This document shows, in pieces, positions 1 to 8,461 of a DNA stretch of 64,000 nucleotides. The DNA comes from an uncultured Christensenellaceae bacterium (GTDB lineage: Bacteria; Bacillota; Clostridia; Christensenellales; UBA1242), in contig CAJULT010000001.1 of assembly GCA_910587225.1 (NCBI GenBank), positions 42,753 to 106,752 of the forward strand, in the 5' to 3' direction. The first letter of the stretch is position 1; each line of letters opens with the position of its first letter. The position numbers and the translations under genes are program-made. The notes under the pieces are model-generated. The model was given only the letters and a program-made list of their open reading frames with translations, searched no databases and was not told the DNA's origin.

Positions 1-1
1 G

Positions 2-2023
2 GACGTTGTGGAACTTGTAGTTGATAGACTTAAAGCAGACAACAAGCTTTTATATGCACATAAGTACAAGCACTCATATCCGTTCTGCTGGCGCTGCAAG
101 ACTGATCTTGTATACAAGCTTATATCATCATGGTTCATTAAAATGGACGAAATTCGTCCACTTGCATTGAAAGCGATTGAAAATGTTACTTTCAAGCCTG
201 ACTATGCTAAAAAGCGTATGGTAGACTGGCTGAACAATATGGGGGATTGGAACATATCGAGAAGCCGTTTCTATGGATTGCCACTTCCATTCTATGTTTG
301 TTCTAAGTGCGGAAAGGTTCATGTAATTGGCAGCCTTGAAGAGCTTAGAGAAAGGGCGGTTAATCCGTCGCTTGTTGACAGTCTGCCAAACTTGCATAGA
401 CCGTGGATTGATGATATAAAAATCAAATGTGAGTGCGGGGAGGAGCTTACCAGAGTTCCCGAAGTTGGGGATGCTTGGCTAGATGCGGGCATTACACCAT
501 TTTCAACTAAGAAATATTTTACTGATAAAAAATTCTTTAACGAAAACTTCCCAAGTGCCTATGTTTGCGAGATGATTGAACAGATTAAGCTTTGGTTCTA
601 TTCGCTGCTTGTTATGAGCGTTGTGCTTACTGGCAAAGCGCCTTATGAAAAAGTTGTTACCTATCAGTATGTGAAAGACGAACATGGCGGAGAGTTCCAT
701 AAGAGCGGCGGCAACACTTTGGAAGCAGAGGTTGTAGCTGACAAGGTGGGCGCTGATGTAATCAGATATTTATACTGCTCTTCTTCACCTTCAAATGATA
801 TGCGTTTTGGTTTTAGTCTTACCGATGAGGCAAGAAGAAAACTTCTCGGAATGTGGAACGTATATACTTTCTTTAACACTTATGCCTACATTGATAATCC
901 TGACATTGCGCATTTTACCCCTAAAAACTTTACTTTTGCGGACAAGTGGCTTATTGAAAGTGTTAATAAGTTTATTGCAGACAGTGACGCAAATTATGCA
1001 GATGATAAGAATTTCTTAGTTGTTCGTGACTTTGAAAAGCTGATTGATGATATTTCAAACTTCTACATTCGTACCAGTCGTAGAAGGTTCTGGAAGAGTG
1101 AAGACAAGGACGATCAGATGACTGCATATTGGTGCTTATACCACGCTATTAAGAAAGTCATGCAAGTTATGACGCCGATAATTCCTTTCCTTAGTGAGTA
1201 TATTTGGCAAAACCTTGTACGTGAAATTGAACCGAGCGAAAAAGAATGCGTTATGCTAGCCGGCTATCCAGATGCAATTTTAGGCAAACACTTTGATGGC
1301 GTGATTGAAAGCGTTAATGTTGCACGAGATATTATGTCTACTGCGCAGCGCCTTAGAAATGAAAATCAAATTAAAGTTAAGCAGCCGCTCGGCAGGATGT
1401 ACCTTTCTGGCGTGAGTGAGAATGTGCTTAACTCACTTGGCGATGTAATTCGCGACGAACTTAACATAAAAGAAACAGTACTTGTGAAAGACGATTCAAC
1501 TTTTAATGACGAGTATCTTACAGTAAACTTTAAGGCGGCAGGAGCGGTACTTAAAGGCGAGGTTCAAAAACTGAAACAAGCACTTTCTGATGCTGATAAT
1601 ATGGGTGAAATTGTTGCTTCTTACAAGGGGGGAAAGGTTAGCGTTGGCGGATTTAATGACCTTGATGCGAGTCTATTTAATTTGGAAAAGAAACCAAAAG
1701 ATGGATTTGTAATTGCTCATGAAAATGGCAACACTGTGGTTCTTGATATCAATTTGACGCAGGAGCTTATTAGCGAAGGGTTGTATCGTGAGTTTGTTCG
1801 CGCTTTGCAGGTGCTTCGCAAGGAGGCAGGGTTTGAAATTGACGAGAGAATTAAGGCAAGTTTTGTATATGGCGACAGTCTTAAAGCTACGCTCACAAAA
1901 TTTGAAGATAAGGTAAAACAAGAAGTTCTCATTCGCGAAATATTACCTAGCCTTGACAATATTGCAATCGAAAAAGAGGTTGAAGTAGGAAATAGCAGCG
2001 TAAAAGTTCGTCTTGGAAAATAA
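2..2023 (+). CDS. ileS: Isoleucyl-tRNA synthetase, C-terminal ~670 aa (5' end outside window)
   Basis: The ORF is open to the window edge. It has DWNISRSRFYG, Cys knuckles (CSKCGK, CECGE) and the anticodon-domain NFYIRTSRRRFW typical of type-2 IleRS. Confidence 0.85.
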   Translation, partial: DVVELVVDRLKADNKLLYAHKYKHSYPFCWRCKTDLVYKLISSWFIKMDEIRPLALKAIENVTFKPDYAKKRMVDWLNNMGDWNISRSRFYGLPLPFYVCSKCGKVHVIGSLEELRERAVNPSLVDSLPNLHRPWIDDIKIKCECGEELTRVPEVGDAWLDAGITPFSTKKYFTDKKFFNENFPSAYVCEMIEQIKLWFYSLLVMSVVLTGKAPYEKVVTYQYVKDEHGGEFHKSGGNTLEAEVVADKVGADVIRYLYCSSSPSNDMRFGFSLTDEARRKLLGMWNVYTFFNTYAYIDNPDIAHFTPKNFTFADKWLIESVNKFIADSDANYADDKNFLVVRDFEKLIDDISNFYIRTSRRRFWKSEDKDDQMTAYWCLYHAIKKVMQVMTPIIPFLSEYIWQNLVREIEPSEKECVMLAGYPDAILGKHFDGVIESVNVARDIMSTAQRLRNENQIKVKQPLGRMYLSGVSENVLNSLGDVIRDELNIKETVLVKDDSTFNDEYLTVNFKAAGAVLKGEVQKLKQALSDADNMGEIVASYKGGKVSVGGFNDLDASLFNLEKKPKDGFVIAHENGNTVVLDINLTQELISEGLYREFVRALQVLRKEAGFEIDERIKASFVYGDSLKATLTKFEDKVKQEVLIREILPSLDNIAIEKEVEVGNSSVKVRLGK

Positions 2024-2032
2024 ATTTCTATC

Positions 2033-2060
2033 TTGACAAATTTCTCCCTTGTGGTATAAT
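2033..2060 (+). promoter_or_regulatory. Sigma-A type promoter TTGACA-16 nt-TATAAT (TGG immediately upstream of the -10)
   Basis: TTGACA at 2033-2038 and TATAAT at 2055-2060, about 22 nt upstream of the ATG at 2082. Confidence 0.6.
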
Positions 2061-2080
2061 AAAATCACAAGGGAGAAATT
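2039..2080 (+). promoter_or_regulatory. Perfect 15-bp inverted repeat enclosing the -10 box; the 3' arm contains the RBS
   Basis: AATTTCTCCCTTGTG (2039-2053) pairs with CACAAGGGAGAAATT (2066-2080). It lies directly after the ileS stop. Confidence 0.7.
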
Positions 2081-2081
2081 T

Positions 2082-2663
2082 ATGTTTGACGAGAAAAACT
2101 TTATTTTAGTTTTAGAGGCAGAGCTTCGAGAGTATTTTCCTAAAAAGCTAAGATCAAAACAATGCAGAATGTATATAAAACCTATTGAAGAAGAACTAAA
2201 AATTTTTGACCGTAAATTGTTTGAACAGGATACTTTAATTGTTCCGCTTGTGATGAAAGGTGGTAAAATTCAGAAAATTGATCTTTCTTTCCCATACAAA
2301 GATAACTTGCATTGGCAGCAGTTTATCTATGAAGAACTTCATCAGAATAAACTAGTAGAGTATCAATATAATGATTGTGAAAATTTGCCAGAGTTTTTAG
2401 AAATTGTTGATGAGTTTTATTCATTGCAAAATGAGGTGGAGAAGCTGATTGGCTTCCGCAGAGGAAAGAAAAGTGATAGAATTTATCGCTATGCGGCAGA
2501 TATCCCTTCACTTTCGCCAAAGCTAGACGACCTTACCTGCCGCGCTCAATCACTTGGCTATCAGTTTAATCAAAAGATAGAGCAAAGGCAGCAGGAAGAA
2601 GATTATCAGCAGTTTGTAAAAGATTGCATGGATGGAAAAATTGATTTTGAGGACGGGGAATAA
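2082..2663 (+). CDS. Hypothetical acidic protein (193 aa), tandem paralog A
   Basis: ATG at 2082 follows a GGGAGAA RBS. The C-terminal QQEEDYQQFV motif is shared with the next ORF. Confidence 0.7.
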   Translation: MFDEKNFILVLEAELREYFPKKLRSKQCRMYIKPIEEELKIFDRKLFEQDTLIVPLVMKGGKIQKIDLSFPYKDNLHWQQFIYEELHQNKLVEYQYNDCENLPEFLEIVDEFYSLQNEVEKLIGFRRGKKSDRIYRYAADIPSLSPKLDDLTCRAQSLGYQFNQKIEQRQQEEDYQQFVKDCMDGKIDFEDGE

Positions 2664-2665
2664 AT

Positions 2666-3181
2666 ATGGAATTTAAAGACAAACCATTAAAAGAGAATTA
2701 TTTTGCAATTGAAATGAAGTTAGTTGGTCGCAAGATGCAGGTAAGTCTTGAAGGTGGGATTTGCAAAATTAATGACCTAAGAGAGACTGACAAAAATCGT
2801 AAAATTTTAATATTGAATCATGACCTAATTACAGTTTGTAAGGAAGGACTGGCGGGTGGTGGCTATTTTGATAGCAAAAGACCAGAGTTTGAATATGATG
2901 AGTTTTGCGACATGTTTATTGAAATTGCAGCCAAAGCTGAAGGTGTGAGAAAAAGAGCTGGTCGCCTTACAAATGACTATGTTTTGGAAAATAAGAGTGC
3001 GGCAAGAAAATTTGGGGAAGTGATGGACTCATTTGCTATGGCAGAGCCTGCCATGCAGGAAGCAACTGAGCGGATGAAGGAGCTCGCCCACCTTTTAATA
3101 GATCAGGAATTGCAAAGACGGGAAGAGGAAGATTATAAAAGCTTTATAGACAATTTTGTCCTTGAAGAAGACGAAGATTAA
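2666..3181 (+). CDS. Hypothetical acidic protein (171 aa), tandem paralog B
   Basis: Starts 2 nt after the previous stop. The C-terminal REEEDYKSFI motif parallels paralog A. Confidence 0.7.
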   Translation: MEFKDKPLKENYFAIEMKLVGRKMQVSLEGGICKINDLRETDKNRKILILNHDLITVCKEGLAGGGYFDSKRPEFEYDEFCDMFIEIAAKAEGVRKRAGRLTNDYVLENKSAARKFGEVMDSFAMAEPAMQEATERMKELAHLLIDQELQRREEEDYKSFIDNFVLEEDED

Positions 3182-3188
3182 ATAAATT

Positions 3189-3209
3189 AGCGCGAGTTAG
3201 CGCTTTTTT
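3189..3209 (+). terminator. Intrinsic terminator candidate
   Basis: AGCGC-loop-GCGCT followed by a T6 run. Confidence 0.5.
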
Positions 3210-3258
3210 ATTGCGTTTTTAATGTAAAAATGATATATTTTCATTAGAGGTATTTATT

Positions 3259-4104
3259 TTGAAAATTGCAAATGGTTGGAAGGATTATAAAGTTTTAGCG
3301 ACTGGTGATGGTGAAAAGCTTGAGAGGTGGGGAGAGTATACTTTGCTTAGACCCGACCCTCAGGTGATTTGGCATGCAGCTAGCCCGCTTGAAAAATGCA
3401 AAGGACTTGATGCTCATTACAGGCGAGAAACAAGCGGCGGCGGACATTGGGACATTATTCGTAAAATGCCAGAACAGTGGACAATTTCATGGCAGGGCAT
3501 TAAGTTTATAATTAAGCCTATGGGTTTTAAGCACACGGGGCTTTTCCCTGAGCAAGCTGTAAACTGGGAAAAGATGCTGAGCCTAATAAAAAATGCAAAT
3601 AGACCTATAAAAGTATTAAACTTATTTGCTTATACTGGGGCTGCATCCATTGCTTGTGCGAAAGCGGGGGCGAGTGTAACTCACATTGATGCTAGCAAAG
3701 GTATGGTGCAGCGTGCGAAAGAGAACGCTGAAATCAATGGCATTTCAAACATACGCTTTATTGTAGATGATTGTGAAAAATTTATTGAGCGCGAGATAAG
3801 GCGGGGGAACTTCTATGACGCGATTATAATGGACCCACCAAGCTATGGCAGAGGACCAAATGGCGAAATGTGGAAACTTGAAGACAAGCTTTTTGATTTC
3901 GTTGCTTTGACTAAAAAGGTACTTTCAAACAAGCCGCTATTTGTACTTATAAGTTCTTACACGACAGGCTTGCAGGCGAGTGTGCTTACAAACATACTTT
4001 CCCTAAATTTTGGAAAGGGAAATATTGACAGTGATGAAATTGGGCTTCCGACAGAGGAAGATATTGTGCTTCCGTGCGGGGCAAGGGGGATGAAAATATG
4101 GTAA
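3259..4104 (+). CDS. Class I SAM-dependent (RlmI/RlmK-like) RNA methyltransferase
   Basis: TTG start after an AGAGG RBS. Motifs: FKHTGLFPEQ, the SAM-binding LFAYTGAASIA...HIDAS, and IMDPPSYG. Confidence 0.75.
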   Translation: MKIANGWKDYKVLATGDGEKLERWGEYTLLRPDPQVIWHAASPLEKCKGLDAHYRRETSGGGHWDIIRKMPEQWTISWQGIKFIIKPMGFKHTGLFPEQAVNWEKMLSLIKNANRPIKVLNLFAYTGAASIACAKAGASVTHIDASKGMVQRAKENAEINGISNIRFIVDDCEKFIEREIRRGNFYDAIIMDPPSYGRGPNGEMWKLEDKLFDFVALTKKVLSNKPLFVLISSYTTGLQASVLTNILSLNFGKGNIDSDEIGLPTEEDIVLPCGARGMKIW

Positions 4105-4787
4105 ATATTTTATATGAAGATAATCAAATAGTGGTAATAGTTAAGCCTCAAAACATGCCTTCCGCACCTGATGAGTCTGGCGATGAGGATGCACTTACAT
4201 TTGTTAAAAACTATATCAAAGAGAAATACAATAAGCCGGGCGAGGCATACATTGGTCTTGTGCATAGGCTGGATAGACCAACTGGTGGGGTTATGGTATT
4301 TGCCCGCACTTCAAAGGCGGCGGCAAGGTTATCTAGTCAGCTTCAAGATGGAACTATGAAAAAAACATACTATGCGATCTGTAATGACTGTCCAAAAGAC
4401 AAAAGCGGCCGCCTTGTAAACTATTTGAAAAAAGACAGCAAAGAAAACATTGTAAAAATCGTATCGCAGGGTGAAACAAACGCAAAGAGGGCAGAACTTG
4501 AATATAAGGTACTTGTAAGAGGGGAAACCTCGCTACTCGAAGTGAATATTTTGACTGGCAGAAGTCATCAAATTCGCGTTCAGCTTGCTGGAATAGGCTG
4601 TCCGCTTGTTGGCGATAATAAGTATGGAAAAGATAAAACTCGTGCTTCTAAGAAGCTAGGGCTTTGGGCAGGACGACTTGAATTTGTTCACCCAGTGACA
4701 AAAGAGAAAATGGTTTTTGTGGCGCCGCCAGAACTTTCAAGCGAGCCATGGAAAGATTTTTATATCGAAAAGTATTTTCTTAGATAG
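4098..4787 (+). CDS. RluA-family pseudouridine synthase (no S4 domain)
   Basis: ATG at 4098 after an AGGGGGA RBS. Catalytic HRLDRPTGGVMVFA, plus TGRSHQIRVQL. Confidence 0.85.
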   Translation: MVNILYEDNQIVVIVKPQNMPSAPDESGDEDALTFVKNYIKEKYNKPGEAYIGLVHRLDRPTGGVMVFARTSKAAARLSSQLQDGTMKKTYYAICNDCPKDKSGRLVNYLKKDSKENIVKIVSQGETNAKRAELEYKVLVRGETSLLEVNILTGRSHQIRVQLAGIGCPLVGDNKYGKDKTRASKKLGLWAGRLEFVHPVTKEKMVFVAPPELSSEPWKDFYIEKYFLR

Positions 4788-4795
4788 GAGTAATC

Positions 4796-6574
4796 ATGAA
4801 GTCAAGAAGTCAAATTGAGGAAAAATATAAGTGGGATTTATCCTTTTTATGTGCAAATGATGACGAGTTTGAAAAGAGCTATGCAAAGTCTGAAAAGTTA
4901 ATGCAAAAGTGCGGGGACTTTAAAGGAAAGTTAAAAGATAAAAAGCAGTTGTATGATTGCCTTAAATTTGAAGAAGAGTTTGCCAAGACTTTTTATCCGA
5001 TAGCTTACTATGCGTCACATGCAAAAGATGTGGATTTGTCTAGCAGTAAATATTCTGAAAAGATTGAACGCTGCGACAACCTTGGCACTAAGTACGCTGT
5101 GGCAATGAGTTATGTTGAGCCTGAAATGGCAAAGTTCAGCGATAAATACATTGACGAGCTTCTTGCTGACCCTCTTTTTAAAGATTACGATTATTCATTA
5201 AGACTTCTAAAAAGGCAGAAAAAACACATGCTTTCAGATGAGGCAAGTCGCATTATTTCAGGGATGAACTTCTTGGATTTCGGTGAAAGCTTTTCGCTGT
5301 TTAGTGATTCGGGATTAAAATTTAAAGATGCGGTAGATAGCAGGGGTAAAAAGCATGAGCTTACCAGCCAAACTGCATCGCTGCTGCTTATGAAAAGAGA
5401 TGAGCCGCTCCGCCGTTCAACCTCTAAAAACTTGCATGAGGGCTATGGTCAATATATCGACTTCTTAACACAAAATTACTTGAACGAAGTGAAGGGAGAG
5501 GTTTATTTTTCGCGTCTAGAAAAGTATGATAGTGTGCTTCAAAAGTACATGGACGGCGAAGATGTTGACATTAAAGTCTACAATATGCTACTCAAAAAGG
5601 TGGAAGAAAATATTCCACTTATAAATGAATACTTTACCTTAAAAGCAAAAGTGCTTGGCATGAAAAAACTTCATAACTATGATTTGCACCTTCCTATTTC
5701 AAAGGTTGGTGAAAAAAAGTATAGCTATGAAGAAGGATTTAAACTTGTAAAAGAGGCACTTATGCCACTTGGAAAGGATTATGTTGCTGTGCTTGATGAG
5801 GCAAAAGAGAAACGCTGGATTGACGTTATGCCTAGCCGCAATAAGTACTCGGGGGCTTATTCAAGCTGCTTGTATGGTTATCCGCCTATTGTGCTTATGA
5901 ACTATATGGGTAACTTAGACTCAGTTTCAACCCTTGCACATGAACTGGGACACAGCTTGCAGTCCTATCTTTCAAACAAAAATCAGCCGAGAACCAAAGC
6001 GAGCTATCCTATCTTTCTTGCTGAGATTGCAAGTACTACCAATGAACTGCTTCTTATGCAGCATCTACTTCATACTCTTCCTAAGAAAGATAGGGTTGGC
6101 ATATATGACGACTTATTTGATAGGGTTCATTCTACTATTTTTAGACAGGTAATGTTTTCTGAGTTTGAAAAGTATGCGCTCACAAGCGTTGAGCAAGATA
6201 AGCCGCTTGATAAAGATAAGCTTTGCTCGCATTATTTCTCACTTTGCAAAAAGTTTATGCCTAAGCTTAGCCTTATTTCTGAACTTAAATATGAATGGGC
6301 AAGAATACCTCACTTTTTCATGGGTTTTTATGTGTACAAATATGCAATTGGCATGATTTCCGCTTTTAACTTCTCAAGCCGTATACTAGCAGGCGAAGAA
6401 GGGGCGGCAAGAAAATATCTCGGTTTTCTTTCTGCGGGTGGGCATAAAGCACCAAATGAAATCTTGAAAGAAGCGGGTTGTGACCTAGAAGACGAAAAAA
6501 CTTATGACAGGGCATTTGAGCTGATTAGGCAGATGCTGCAAGAATTTAAGTCACTACTCAAAAGCAAAAAATAA
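4796..6574 (+). CDS. pepF: Oligoendopeptidase F (M3B family)
   Basis: HELGH zinc motif, 592 aa length and a PepF-like N terminus (KYKWDLS). Confidence 0.85.
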   Translation: MKSRSQIEEKYKWDLSFLCANDDEFEKSYAKSEKLMQKCGDFKGKLKDKKQLYDCLKFEEEFAKTFYPIAYYASHAKDVDLSSSKYSEKIERCDNLGTKYAVAMSYVEPEMAKFSDKYIDELLADPLFKDYDYSLRLLKRQKKHMLSDEASRIISGMNFLDFGESFSLFSDSGLKFKDAVDSRGKKHELTSQTASLLLMKRDEPLRRSTSKNLHEGYGQYIDFLTQNYLNEVKGEVYFSRLEKYDSVLQKYMDGEDVDIKVYNMLLKKVEENIPLINEYFTLKAKVLGMKKLHNYDLHLPISKVGEKKYSYEEGFKLVKEALMPLGKDYVAVLDEAKEKRWIDVMPSRNKYSGAYSSCLYGYPPIVLMNYMGNLDSVSTLAHELGHSLQSYLSNKNQPRTKASYPIFLAEIASTTNELLLMQHLLHTLPKKDRVGIYDDLFDRVHSTIFRQVMFSEFEKYALTSVEQDKPLDKDKLCSHYFSLCKKFMPKLSLISELKYEWARIPHFFMGFYVYKYAIGMISAFNFSSRILAGEEGAARKYLGFLSAGGHKAPNEILKEAGCDLEDEKTYDRAFELIRQMLQEFKSLLKSKK

Positions 6575-6668
6575 CTCGCGACAAAGGTCGGCAAGAGTGA
6601 ATAATTATCGGCAAGAATTTTCTTCGCCGATTTTTTATGCTTTGTTATGCTTAAAGTGGGGGAAGAGG

Positions 6669-7466
6669 ATGAAAATTGTTATTGAATACACGCTTACAAT
6701 CAACTTCATTGTCAACATTTTTATTCTTAAAAGCTGCGGACTATTTTTAAAAGAAAAAGTCAGGTTTGTTTATCTTGCCTCCTTGCTTTCGGCGGGGTTG
6801 AGTTTGGTGCTGCCTATCTTTCATCTTGCCGCCCTTTTAAAAATAGTTGTGATTGTCTTTTTAGATGGACTTATGGTGTGTGCCTGCTTTAAATTCTCAT
6901 CTTTTAAGCGTTTTTTGGCAATATTTGCTTCTATGCTTGGCACAACTTTCATTTTTGGAGGAGGCTGCTATGCACTCGAACAAGCTTTTGGCAGTCTGCC
7001 ACTTTTCTGTGTTTTAATAGTGTGCGGGGCAATTTATGTTGTAACAACTTTGGTTTTAAGACATCGCAACCGCCTACGTGTGATTGAAACCTTTTCTTAC
7101 AAAGTTAAACTTGTTTGCAATGGGAAGGTGATTGAAGAAGAGGGTTTTTTAGATAGCGGGAATTTGCTTGTAGACCCCATTTCGCAAAAGCCTATTGTGC
7201 TTATAAGTTTTGAAGTGTTTTCAAAGTTTTATGAGGGAATTGACTACATAAGCGCTGCTCTTAAAAATATCGACATAAATCGCTTGCATAACGGTCACTA
7301 TGTCAACATAAACTCGGTAGCGAGTGGCGGGAAAATACTGGTTTTTACAGCTGCACGACTTGAATTTGATAACAAACAATTTGACAACATTTCGCTGGGA
7401 CTTTCTTTTTCGGGCTTTGACAAGGCGTTGGGGCGGAAGATACTTTTAAATAGTCAGTTAATATAG
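6669..7466 (+). CDS. spoIIGA: Sigma-E processing aspartic peptidase SpoIIGA
   Basis: Multi-TM N-terminal half and a FLDSGN catalytic motif. Lies immediately upstream of sigE. ATG at 6669 after GGGGGAAGAGG. Confidence 0.85.
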   Translation: MKIVIEYTLTINFIVNIFILKSCGLFLKEKVRFVYLASLLSAGLSLVLPIFHLAALLKIVVIVFLDGLMVCACFKFSSFKRFLAIFASMLGTTFIFGGGCYALEQAFGSLPLFCVLIVCGAIYVVTTLVLRHRNRLRVIETFSYKVKLVCNGKVIEEEGFLDSGNLLVDPISQKPIVLISFEVFSKFYEGIDYISAALKNIDINRLHNGHYVNINSVASGGKILVFTAARLEFDNKQFDNISLGLSFSGFDKALGRKILLNSQLI

Positions 7467-7474
7467 GAGGCAAT

Positions 7475-8200
7475 ATGAAAAATATTATATTCAAAATAAA
7501 GTTATTTTTTTATAATCTATTTCATAAAAGGAGTTTATTAAATACTAAAAATATTGTCTGCTATCTTATAAGCGAGCAGCTGCCAAACCCGCTAACGCTT
7601 GAAGAGGAGGAGGCACTTTTAATTGCGCGTGATAATGGAGATGCAACGGCTGTTGAAAAACTGATAGAACATAACCTTAGACTTGTTATTTTTATTTCAA
7701 AACGCTTTAAAGGTCCTAACATTGAAGCGGAGGACATTATTTCAATAGGGTCTATTGGGCTTATCAAAGCAATCAAGACATTTAAGATTGATAAAAATAT
7801 CAGGCTTGCAACTTACGCCTCGCGCTGCATTGAGAATGAAATTTTGATGTATCTTAGAAAAGCTAATAAGAGCATGAATGATTTAAGTCTTGACAGGCCA
7901 ATTCATACAGACGGCGAGGGTAACGAGCTTTGCCTAAGCGACATTATTCCAATAGACGGAGATATAGTTGAGCAGGGCATTGACAAGGCGGAAGATAAGA
8001 AGGTGTTATTTGAACTTTTGGAAGGACTTAATGTACGCGATCAGGAAATTATGATAATGCGCTATGGGCTTGGCGGGCAGGACGAACTTACTCAAAAAGA
8101 AATTGCCGAAAAGATGAATATAAGTCAAAGTTATATTTCTCGTCTTGAAAAAAGAATTCTTGTGCAGATGAGAAAGAAATACGAGCGTCAAGTCCTTTAG
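7475..8200 (+). CDS. sigE: Sporulation sigma factor E (pro-sigma-E)
   Basis: Sigma-70 regions 2-4, an N-terminal pro-sequence and spoIIGA-sigE-sigG synteny. Confidence 0.9.
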   Translation: MKNIIFKIKLFFYNLFHKRSLLNTKNIVCYLISEQLPNPLTLEEEEALLIARDNGDATAVEKLIEHNLRLVIFISKRFKGPNIEAEDIISIGSIGLIKAIKTFKIDKNIRLATYASRCIENEILMYLRKANKSMNDLSLDRPIHTDGEGNELCLSDIIPIDGDIVEQGIDKAEDKKVLFELLEGLNVRDQEIMIMRYGLGGQDELTQKEIAEKMNISQSYISRLEKRILVQMRKKYERQVL

Positions 8201-8348
8201 ACTGCAATAAAACTTCGCGATCGTAATTTTTTCAAAATTACTTGCTGCGTTAACTGTAAAACGCCCCAAAACAGTCATTTAGGTTTACTAAACTCCTGCT
8301 TTGGGACATTTTCCGAGCCTTGCCTCGCTGGTTTTCTTGCAGTCTAAA
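8196..8348 (+). promoter_or_regulatory. Nested hairpin structure in the sigE-sigG spacer
   Basis: A perfect 12-bp outer stem, TTTAGACTGCAA (8196-8207) with TTGCAGTCTAAA (8337-8348), encloses two hairpins at 8223-8241 and 8265-8305. Confidence 0.6.
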
Positions 8349-8461
8349 ACTGCTTATATTGTCTTTTTTTAATATTTTTTAGCGTTTTTTAGCACATTTG
8401 CCTTACTTATGAATTAAAATATCAATTTCGCCAACAATATCCCATGAATAATGGAGGTAGT

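Noticed and set aside
8349-8461. A sigma-F/sigma-G type promoter for sigG.
   Set aside because: Candidate hexamers (GAATT...CAATATC) deviate from the consensus in both spacing and key positions. I could not support a call.
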